Source: the human T2T-CHM13v2.0 reference genome, Homo sapiens. From it: a stretch of DNA of 64,000 nt. The stretch lies in NCBI RefSeq assembly GCF_009914755.1, contig NC_060945.1; one strand, written 5' to 3'. The position numbers were made by a program, and so were the translations under genes. Within the stretch, counting starts at the first letter, position 1, and every line of letters starts with the position of its first letter. Under the pieces are notes generated by a model. That model did no database searches and was not told the DNA's origin. It saw only the letters and a program-made list of their open reading frames with translations. Shown in pieces: positions 12,001-24,000 of the stretch.

Positions 12001-15000
12001 TGGAATGGAGTAGAATGGAATGGCTGGAGTGGCGTGGAGTGGAGTGGAGTGGCGTGGAGTGAAGTTGAGTGGAGTGGAGTGGAATGGAATTTAGGGGAAT
12101 GGAATGGAATGGAATGGTGAAATGAAATGTGAGCTGGGATTTTGTAATTGCACTCCATTTTGGGTGACAGAGTGAGATCCTGTAGAAAGAAAATATTGGA
12201 ATGGAATGGAGTGGAAAAGAATGGAATAGAATGGAGTGAAGTGGAGTGGAGTGGAATGGAATGGAACGGAATGGAATGGAATGGAAGGGAAGGGTAGGGA
12301 ATGGAAGGGAAGGGAATGGGGAAATGAAATGTGACCTGACATTGTGGCACTGCACTCCAGCCTGGGTGACAGAGTGAGATCCTGTCGAAAGAAAATATTG
12401 GAATGGAGTGCAATGTAATGGAATAGAGTAAAGTGGAGTGGAAAGGAGTGGGATGGAATGTGATGGAATGAAATGGAGTGGAGTGGAGTGGAGTATAGTG
12501 CAAAGGAATGGAGTGGAGTGGAGTGGAGTGGAAAGGAATGGAGAGGAGTGGATTGGAATGGAATGGAATGGAATCGAATCGAATGGAATGCTGAAAATAA
12601 ATATGTGTTGAGATTGTGCCACTGTGCTACAGGCTGTGTGACAGAGGGAGATCCTGTCGAAAGAAAGGAGTGGAATGGAAGGGATTGGAATGGAATGGAA
12701 ACGAATGGAATGTAATGGAATGGAAGGGAATGGAATGGAAGGGAAGGGAATGGGGAAATGAAATGTGAGCTGACAGTGTGGCACTGCACTCCAGCCTGGG
12801 TGACAGAGTGAGATCCTGTTGAAAGAATATATTGGAATGGAATGGAGTGCAATGGAATGGAATAGAGTGGAGTGGTTTGGAAAGGAGGGGAATGGAATGG
12901 GATGGAATGAAATGGAGAGAAGTAGAGTGGAACGGAATGGAGTGGAGTGGAGTGGAGTGGAAAGGAATGGAGAGGAGTGGAGTGGAATGGAATGGAATGG
13001 AATGGAATGGAGTGGAATGGATTGGAATGGAATGGAATGGTGAAAAGAAATATGTGTTGAGATTGTGCCACAGCGCTACAGGCTGTGTGAGAGAGGGAGA
13101 TCCTGTCGAAAGAAAGGAGTGGAATGGAAGGGATTGGAATGGAATGGAATAGAATGGATAAGAGCAGAGTGGATTGGAATGGAGTGGAGTGGAGTGCAGT
13201 GGAATGGAATGGCATGGAATGGAATGGAATGGTGAAATGAAATGTGAGCTGAGATTGTTCACTGCACTCCAGCATGGGTGACAGAGTAAGATCCTGTCAA
13301 AAGAAAGGAATGGAAAGGAATGGATTTAGAATGGAATGGAATGGAATGGAAAGGAAAGGAATGGAATGGAGTTGAATGGAGTGGAGTGGAATGGAGTGGA
13401 GTGGAGTGGAAATGATTGAAATGGAATTGGATGGCATGGAAAGGAGTGGAGTGGACTGGCATGGAGTGGAGTAGAGTGGAGTGGACCGGATTGGAGTGGA
13501 GTGGAGTGGAATGGATTGGAGTGGAGTAGAGTGGAGTGGAGTGGAGTGGAATGGAATGGAATGGAATGGAATGGAATGGAATAGAAAAGAATCAATGGAA
13601 TAGTGAAATGAAATGTGAGCTGAGATTGTGCCACTGCACTCCAGGCTGGGTGACAGAGTGAGATACTCTCAAAATAAAATAATGGAATGGAAGACAGTGG
13701 AATGGAATGGAATGGAATGGAATCTAATGGAATGGAATGGAATGGAATGGAAAGCAATGGATTGGAATGGAATGGAGTGGACTGGAGTGCAGTGGAGTGA
13801 AGAGGAGTGGAGAGGGGTGGAGTGGAATGCAGTGGAATGGAGCAGAAAGAAATGGGATGTAGTGGAATGGAGTGGAGTGGAGTGGAATGGAATACAATGG
13901 ACTGCAATGCAATAGATTGCAATGCAAAGGAAAGTTGACATGTAATGTTAGCTGAGATTGTGCCACTGCACTCCAGCCTGTGTGACAGAGTGATATCCTG
14001 TGAAAGAAAGGAATGCAATGCAATGGAGTGAAAAGTAATGTAATGGGATGGAATGGAGTGGAGGAGAGTGGAGTGGAGCGGAGTGAAATGGAGTCGAATG
14101 GAATGGGAAGCAGTGGAATGGAATGGAGTGGAGTTAAGTGGCGTGAAATAGGGTGGAATGGAATGGAATGGAATGGAAAGGAATGCAATGGAATGGTGAA
14201 ATGAAAAGTGAGCTGAGATTGTGCCACTGCACTCCATGCTTTGTGACAGAGTGAGATCCTGTGGAAAGAAAGTAATGGAAAGGAATAGAGTATAATAGAA
14301 TGGAGTGAAGTGGAGTGGAGTGGTGTGGAGTGCAGTGGAGTCAACTGGAATGGAGTGGAATGGAATGGGATGGAATGGAATGTCATGGAGTGCAGTGGAG
14401 TGGATTGAAGTGGAGTAGAGTGGAATGGAGTGGAAAGAAATGGGATGGAATGGAATATCATGGAGTGGAGTGGAGTAGACTGGATTGGAGTGGAGTAGAG
14501 TGGAAAGCAGTTGAGTGGAATGGAATGGAATGGAATGGAATGGAATACAGTGGAATGCAATGGAATGGAATGCAATGGAATAAAATGAAATGGAATGGTG
14601 AAATGAAATGTGAGCCTAGTTAGTGCCACTGCATGCCAGCCTGGGTAACAGAGTGAGATGCTGTCAAAAGAAAGGAATGGAATGGAATTCACTGGAGTGG
14701 AGCAGAGTGGAGTGGAGTGGTGTGTAGTGGAATGGAGTGGATTGGAATGCCATGCAGTGGATTGCAATGGAGTGCAGTGGAGTCAAGTGGACTGGAGTGG
14801 AATTGAGTGGAATGGAATGAGAAGGAATGGAATGGAGTGGAGTGGAGGGAATGGAGTTCACTGGAATGGAATGGAGTGGAATGGAATGGAATGCAATGGA
14901 GTGGATTGGATTTCAGTGGAGTGGAGTGGAGTGGACTGGAATGGAATGGAATGGAATGGAATGGAATAGTGAAATGAAATGTAAGCTGAGATTCTACCAC

Positions 15001-18000
15001 TGCACTCCAGACTGGGTGACAGAGTGACATCCTGTCGAATGTAAGGAATGGAAGGGAAAGAAGTGGAATGGAATGGAATGGAATGGAATGTAGTGGAGTG
15101 GAGTGGAGTGGAATGAAATGGACTGGAAAGAAATTGAATGGAATGGAGTGTAGGGGAGTTGAAAGGAGCAGAGTGGAATGGAATGGAAGGGGATGGAAAA
15201 GAATGGAATGAAATTGATGGGAGTAGAGTGGAATGGTGGGGAGAGGAGTGGAGTGGTATGGAATTGAATGGAGTGGAGTGGAGAGGAGTGGAGTAGAGTG
15301 GACTGGAATGGAAAGGAATGGGGTCGAGTGGAGTGGAGTGGAGTGCAGTAGAGTGGAATGGAAGGTAGTGGAATGGAATTGAATGGAATGGAAAGGAATG
15401 GAATGGAATAGAATGGAATGATGAAATGGAATATGAGTTGAGATTGTACCACTGCACTCCAGCGTGGGTGACAGAGTGAAATCCTGTTGAAAGAAAGGAA
15501 TGGAATGGGAAGGAGTGGAATGGAATGGAAGGGAATGGAATGGAGTGCAGTGGAGTGGAGTGGAGTGGAGTGGAGTGCAGTATAGTGGAATGCAATGGGA
15601 TGGAATGGAATGGAGTGGAGTGGAGTGGATTGGAGTGAAGCAGAGTGGAATGGAATGGAATGGAATGGAATGGAATGGAATGGAATGGAATAGAATGGAA
15701 TGGAATGGAATGGATTGGAATAGAATGGAATGGAAAGCAGTGGCATGGAGTGGAATGGAGTGAAGTGGAGTGGAGTGGAATTGAATGGAGTGTAGCGGAG
15801 TGGAGTGGAGTGGAATTGAATGGAGTGGAAAGGAATGGAATGGAGTGTAGCGGAGTGGAGAGGAGTGAAGTGGAATGGAATGGAGTGGGATGGAATCTAT
15901 TGGAATGAAGTGGAGTTTAGTGGAGAGGAGTGGTGGGAAGTGTAGTGGAGTAGAATGAAATTGGATGGAATTGAATGGATTGGAGTGGAGTGACGTGGAG
16001 AGGAGTGGAGAAGAGTGGAGTGGAATGGCATGCAATGAAATGGAATAGAGTGCAGTGGAGTGGAGTGGAGTGGAATGGAATGTAGTGGAAATGGATTGAA
16101 CGGAATGGAAAGGAATGGAATAGAATAGAATGGAATGGTGAAATGAAATATCAGCTGAGATTGTTCCACTGCACTCCAACATGTGTGACAGAGTGAAATC
16201 CTGTTGAAAGAAAGGAATGGAATGGAAAGGAGTGGAATGAATGAAACGGAATTGAGTGGAGTGGAGAGAAGTGGAGTACATTGGAGTACATTGGAATGAA
16301 ATGGGATAGAATGGAATGGAGTGAAGTGAAGTGGAGTGGAGTGGAGTGGAATGGAATGGAATGGAATGCAGAGGAGTGGAGTTCACTGGAGTGGAATGGA
16401 ACACGATGGAATGGTATTGAATGGAATGGAATGGAATGCAATGGAGTGCAATGGAATGCAATGGAATGGGATGCAATGGAATGGAATCGAATGGTGAAAT
16501 TAAATGTAAGCTGAGATAGTGCCACTACATCCAGGTCTGGGTGACAGAGATCCTGTCGAAAGAAAGGAATGGAATGGAATGGAGTGAAAAGGAATGGAAT
16601 GGAATGGAGTGGAATGGAATGGAATGGAGTGGAGTGTAGTGGAGTGGAATGGAGTGGAATCGAATGGGATGGAGTGGAATGGAATGGAATGGAGTGGAGT
16701 GGAGAAGAATGGAGTGAAAAGAAATGGGATGGAATGGAATGGAGTGGAGTGGAGTGGAATGGAGTGTAGTGGTGTGGAGTGGAGTTGATTAGAGTGTAGT
16801 GGAATGGACTGGAGTGGAGTGCAGTGGAATGGAGTGGAGTGGAATGGAAGGGAATGGAATGCAATGTAATGGTGAAATGAAATGTGAGATGAGATTGTGC
16901 AATTGTATTCCAGCCTTTTTTGACACAGTGAGATCCCATCAAAAGAAAGGGATGGCATAAAGTGGAGTAGAATAGAATGGAGTGGAATGGATTGGAGTGG
17001 GCTGGATTGGAGTGGAGTGCAGTGCAGTCGAGTGGAAAGGAGTGGAATGGAATGGGATGCAATGGAATGACATGGAGTGGAGTGGAGTGGAGTGAATTGG
17101 AGTGGAGTAGAGAGGAATGGAGTGGAATTAAATGGGATGGAAAGGAATGGCATGGAGTTGAGTGGAATGGAGTGTAGTGGATTGGAGTGTAGTGGAGTGG
17201 ATTGGAGTGTAGTAGAGTGGAATGGAATGGAATGGAATGGAATGCAATGGAATGGAATGGAATGGTAAAATGAAATGTGAGCTGAGTTTGTGCCACTTAA
17301 CGCCAGCCTGGGTGACAGAGACAGATCCTGTCAAAAGAAAGGAATGGAATGGGGTGGAGTGTAGTGTAGTGGTTTGGAGTTCAATGGAGTGCAATGGAAT
17401 GGGATGGAATGGAATGGAATGGAGTGCGGTGGAGTGGAGTGGAGTGGAGTGGAGTGGAGTGGCATGGAGTGGAATGGAATGCGATGGAATGGAATAAAGT
17501 AGAGTGGAGTTGAATGGAGTGGACTGGAGTGGAATGTAGTGGAATGGAATGGAATGAAGTGGAGTGGAGTGCAGTGGAGAGGGGTGAAGTGGAATGGAAT
17601 GGAATGGAATGGAATGGAATGGAATGGAATAGAATGGTGAAATGAAATCTGAGCTGAGATTATGCCTCTGCACTCCATCCTGGGTGACAGAGTGAGATCC
17701 TGTCGAAAGAAAGCAATGGAATGGATTGGAGTGGAATGCAATGGAATGGAATGGAACGGAAAGGAATGGAATGGAATGGAAAGGAGGGAATGGAATAGAA
17801 TGGAGTGGGGTGGAGTGGAATGGAGTTGAATGGAATGGGATGTAATGAAATGGAGTGTAATGGACTGGACTGGAGTGGAATGGAGTTGAGTAGAGTGGAA
17901 GGGACTGGAATGGAATGGGATGGAATGGAATGGAATGGAGTGGAGTGGAGTGGGGTGGAAAGGAATGGGATGGAGTTGAGTGGAGTGGAGTGAAATGGAG

Positions 18001-21000
18001 TAGAATGGAAAGGAATGGAGTGGAGTGGAGTTGAATGGAATGGAATGGAATGAAATTGAATGCAATAATGAAATGAAACGTGAGGTGTTATTGTGCTACC
18101 GCACTCCAGCCTTGGTGACAGAGTGAGATCTTCTTGAAAGAAAGGAATTGAATGGAATGGAGTGGAATGGAATGGAATGGAATGCAGTGGATGGAGTGGA
18201 GTGGAATAGAGTGGAACGGAATGTGATGGAGTGGAATGGAATGGAGTGGAGTGGAGTGGAATTGAGTGGAATGGAAAGGGATGGAATGGAATGGAATGGG
18301 GAGGAGTGGAGTGGAAGGGAGTTGAGTGGAGTGGGGAGGAATGGAATGGAATGGAATGGAGTGGAGTAGAGTGGCGTGGAGTGGAGTGGAGTAGAGTGGA
18401 GTATAGTGGAGTGGAGTGGAGTATAGTGGAGTGGAATGAAGTATAGTGGAATGGAGTGGAATGGAATGGAATGGAATTAAGTGGAGTGGAGTGCAGTGGA
18501 ATGGAATGGAATGGAATGGAAAGGAATTGAAAGGAATGGAATGCAGTGGAGTGGAGTGGAGTTCACAGAAGTGGAATAGAATTGAATGGAATGCAATGGA
18601 ATGGAATGCAATGCAATGGAAAGGAATGGAATGCAATGGAATGAAATGGAATGGAATGCAATGGAATGCAAAGGAATGGATGGTGAAATTTAATGTGAGC
18701 TGAGATAGTGCCACTGCACTCCAGCCAGGGTGACACAGTGAGAGTCTGTCGACAGAAAGGAATGGAATGGAAAGCAGTGAAACGAATGGAATGGAATAGA
18801 ATGGAGTGGAGGGGAGGGGAGTGGAGTGGAGTGTACTGGAGTGAAATGGAGTCGAATGGAATGGGATGGAGTGAAATGGAATGGAGTGGAGTGGACTAGA
18901 GTGAAATAGAGTGGAAAGGAATTGGATGGAATGGAATGCAATGGAATAGTGAAAAGAAATTTGAGCTGAGATTGTGCCACTGCACTCCAGCCTTTGTGAA
19001 AGAGTGAGATCCTGTGGAAAGAAAGGAATGTGATGGAATGGAGTGGAATTGTATGGAATGGAATGGAGTGAAGTGGAGTGGAGTGGAGTCGAGTGCAATG
19101 GAGTGGAATGGAATGGGATGGAAAGGAATGGCATGGAGTGGAGTAGAGAGGAGTGGATTGGAGTGGAGTAGATTAGCATGGAGTGGAATGGAATGGGATG
19201 GAATTGAATGCCATGGAATGAGGTGGAGTGGAGTGGACTGGATGGAGTGGACTGGATTGGAGTGGAGTAGAGTGTAATGGAGTGGAGTGGAATGGAATGG
19301 AAAGGAATGGAATGCAGTGGAAAGCAATGGAATGGAATGCTATGGAATAGATTGGAATGGAGTGGTGAAATGAAATGTGAGCTGAATTTGTGCCAATGCC
19401 CGCCAGTCTGGTTGACAGCGTTACATGCTGTCAAAAGAAAGGAATGGAATGGAATGAATTGGAGTGGAGCTGAGTGGAGTGGAGTGGTGTGGAGTGGAAT
19501 GGAGTGGAATGGAATGGGATGGAGTGGAATGGAATGGAGTGTATTAAGTGGAGTGGCATGGAGTGAAATGCAGTGGAATGGAATGCGATGGAATGGGATG
19601 GAATGGAATGGAGTGGAGTGGAGTGGAATAGAGTGGAATAGAGTGGAATGGAGTGGAATGTAATGGAATGGAATGGAGTGGATTGGAGTGCAGTGAAGTG
19701 GAGTGGAATGGAATGGAATGGAATAGTGAAATGAAATGTAAGGTGGGATTCTGCCACTGCACTCCAGACTGGGTGACAGAGTGACATCCTGTCGAATGTG
19801 AGGAATGGAGCGGAATGGAGTGGAATGGAATGTAGTGGAGTGGAGTGGAATGGAACGGAGTGGAAAGGAATGGAACGGAATGGAGTGGAACGGAGTGGAG
19901 AGGAGTGGAGTCGAATGGAATGGAATGGGATGGAATCGAATGGAATGAAGTGGAGGGGAGTGGAGTGGAGTGTTGTGGAGAGGAGTGGAGTGGTATGGAA
20001 TTGGATGGAACTGAATGGAGTTCAGTGGAGTTGGGTGGAGAGGAATGGAGTACACTGGAGTGGAATTGAATGGAATGGAATGGAGTGGAGTTGAGTGAAG
20101 TGGAGTGGAGTGGAGTGGAATGCAATGTAGTAGAATGGAATTGAATGGAATGGAAAAGAATGGAATGGAATAGAATGGAATGATGAAATGAAATATGAGC
20201 TGAGATTGTGCCACTGCACTCCAGCAGGGTGACAGAGTGAAATCCTGTTGAAAGAAAGGAATGGAATGGAAAGGACTGGAATGCAATGGAATGGAATAGA
20301 GTGGAGTGGAGTATACTGGAAGGGAGTGGAATGGAATGGGATGGAATGGAATGGAGAGGAATACACTGGAGTGTAGTGGAGTGGAATGGAATGGAATGGA
20401 ATGGAATGGAATGGAATGGAATGGAATGCAGTGGAGTTTAGTTCACAAGAGCGGAATGGAATGGGATGGAATGGAATGGAATGCAATGGAATGGAATAAA
20501 ATGGAATGCAATGGAAGGGAATTGTGAAATTAAATGTTAGCTGAGATAGTGCCACTGCACTCCAGCCTGTGTGACAGAGTGAGATCCTGTCGAAAGAAAT
20601 TAATGGAATGTAAAGGTGTGAAGTATGATGGAATGGAAGGAAATGGAATGGAGTGGAGTGTAGTGTAGTGGAATGGAGCGTAATGGAGTGGAATGGAATG
20701 GGATGGAGTGGAATGGAATGGAGTGGAATGGAGTGGATTGAATTGGAGTAGAGTGGAGTTGACTGGATTGAAGTGGAATGGAGTGGAGTGGAATGGAATG
20801 GAATGGAATGGAATGGAATGGAATGGAATGGAGGGGAGTGGAGGGAGGTGGAGGGGAATGGAGTGGAGTGGAATGGAATGGTGAAATAAAATGTGAGCTG
20901 AGATTGTGCCACTGTGTTCCAGCCTTTTTTGACATAGTGAGATCCCATCAAAAGAAAGGACTGGAATGGAATGGGGTGGAATGGAATGGAGAAGAATGGA

Positions 21001-24000
21001 ACGGAGTGGAGTGGATTGGAGTGGAGTGCATTGGAGTGGAGTGGAGTCAAGTGAAATGGAGTGAAATGGAATGGAAGGAAATGGAATGGCATGTAGTGGA
21101 GTGGGGTGGAGTGAATTTGAGTAGAGTAGGGTGGAATGGAATGGAATGGAGTGGAATGGAATGGGATGGAAGGGAATGGCATGGAGTGGAGTGGAATGGA
21201 GTGGATTAGAGTGGAGTAGAGTGGAATGGAAAGGAACGGAATTAAATGGAATGGAATGGAATGGTATGGAATGGAATGGAATGCAATGGAATTGAATGGA
21301 ATGCAATAGAATGGAATGGAATGCAATGGAATGGAATGGAATGGAATGGAATGCAATGGAATGGAATGGAATGGAATGGAATGGAATGGAATGGAATGGA
21401 ATGGAATGGTGAAATGAAATGTGAGCTCAGTTTGTGCCACTGCACGCCAGCCTGGGTGACAGAATGAGATCCTGTCGAAAGAAACGAATGGAATGGAATG
21501 GAGTGGAGTGTAGAGGTGTGGAGTGATGTGGAGTGGAATGGAGTGGAATGGAATGGGATGGATTTGAATGGAAGGAGTGTAGTGGAGTGGATTGGAGTGG
21601 AGTGGAGTGGAATGGAATGGAATGGAGTGGAATGGAATGGAATTGAATGGAATGGAATGGAATGGAATGGAATGTTGTGGAGTGTATTGGAATGGAGTGG
21701 AATGGAGTGAAATGGAGTGTAATGTAATGTAGTGGAATGGAGTGGAGTGGAGTGCAGTGGAGAAGGGTGTAGGGGAATGGAATGGAATAGTGAAATGAAA
21801 TGTGAGCTGAGATACTCCCACTGCACTCCAGACTGTGTGACAGAATGAGATCCTGTCGAATGGAATTGAATAGAGTGGAATGAAATGGAGTGCAGTGGAG
21901 TGGAGCAGAGTGGAGTGGAGTGGAGTGGAATGGAATGGAATGGGATGGAATCAAATGGTATGAAGTGGAGGGGAATGGAGTTGAGTGGAGGGACGAGGAG
22001 TGGAATGGAATGGAATTGGATGGAATGGGATGGAGTGGAGTGGAGTGGGGTGGAGAGTAGTGGAGTAGAGTGGAATGGAATGGAATGCAATGGAATGGAG
22101 TGGAGTGGAGTAGAGTGGATTGGAGTGTAATGGAATAGAATGGAATGGATAGGAATGGAATGGTATAGAATGGAATGATGAAATGAAATATGAGCTGAGA
22201 TTGTGCCACTGCACTCCAGCCTGGGTGACAGAGTGAGATCCTGTCAAAGGAAAGGAATGGAATGGAAAGGAGTGGAACGGAATGGAATGGAATGGATTGA
22301 TTGGAGTGCAGTGGAGTAGAGGTGAGTGGAGTTCACAGTAGTGCAATGGAATGGAATGGAGTGGAGTCGAGTGCAGTGGAGTGGGTTGGAATGGAATGGA
22401 GTGGAATGGAATGGGATGGAATGGAATGGAGTGGAGTGGAGTGGAGTTCACAGGAGTGCAATGGAATGGGATGGAATGGAATTGAATGGAATGGAATGGA
22501 ATACAATGGAGTGGAATGCAATGGAATGCAATCGAATGGAATTGTGAAATTAAATGTGAGCTGAGATAGTGCCACTGCACTCCAGCCTGTGTGACAGAGT
22601 GAGATCCTGTTGAAAGAAATTAGTGGAATGTAAGAGAATAAATTATACTGGAATGGAATGGATTGGAGTGGAGTGGAGAGGAATGGAGCTTAATGGAGTG
22701 GAAGGGAATGGGAAGGAGTGGAATGGACTGGAGTGGAGTGGAGTGGAGTGGAGTGGAGTGGAGTGGAGAGAAATGAGGTAAAATGCAATGGGATGGACTG
22801 GAATGGAGTGGAGTGGAGTGGAGTGAATTGGAATGGAGTGGATTTGACTGGATTGCAGTGGAATGAAGTGGAGTGGAATGGAATGGAATGGAATGGAATG
22901 GAATGGAGGGGAGTGGAGTGGAGTTGAGGGGAATGGAGTGGAGTGGAATGGAGTGGAATGGAATGGAATGGAATGGTGAAATAAAATGTGAGCTGAGATT
23001 GTGCCACTGTGTTCCAGCCTTTTTTTGACACAGTGAGAGCCCGTCAAAGGAAAGGAATGGAATGGAATATGGTGGAATGGAATGGAGTGGAGTGGATTGG
23101 AGTGGAGTGGAGTGGAGTCAAGTGGAACAGAGTGGAATGGAATAGGATGGAATCGAATGGCATGTAGTGGAGTGGGATGGAGTGAATTTCAGTGGATTAG
23201 GGTGGAATGGAGTGGAATGGAATGGGATGGAAGGGAATGGCATGGAGTGTAGTGGAGTGGACTGGAGTGGGTTAGAATGGAATTGAATGGAATGGTATGG
23301 AATGGAATGGAATGGAATGGAATGGAATGGAATGGAATGGTGAAATTGAATGTGAGCTGAGATAGTGCCACTCCACTCCAGCCTGGGTGACAGATTGAGA
23401 TCCTGTCAAAAGAAAGGAATGGAATTGAATGGAGGGGAATGGAATGGGATGGAGTGGGGTGGAGTGGAGTGGAGTGGAGGGGACTGGATTTGAGTGGAGT
23501 CTAGTGGAACAGAGTGGAATGGAATGGGGTGGAGTGGAACGGAATGGAATGGAGAGGAGTGGTGTGGAGTGGAGTGGATTGGAATTCAATGGGATGGAAT
23601 GGTATGGAGTGGAGTGGAATGGAGTGGAGTGGAATGGAATGGAATGGAATGGAATGGAATTGGAATGGAATGGAATGGAATGGAGAGGAGAGGAATGGAG
23701 TGGAATGTAGTGTAATTGGAAAGGATGGAATGGAATGGAATGCCATGGAATAGAATTAGGAATAGAATGGAATGATGTGGAATGGAATGGAGTAGAATTC
23801 AGTGGAGTGGAGTGGAGTGGAATGTAATGTAATGGAATGGGATGGGATGGAGTGGAATGGAATGGAGTGGAGTGGAGTGGAGTGGAGTGGAGTGGAGTGG
23901 AATGGAGTGGAATGCAATGGGATGTGATGGAATGGAGTGGGGTGGAGTTGAGTGGATTGAAATCGAATGGAATGGAGTGGAGAGGAGTGTAGTGGAATGG

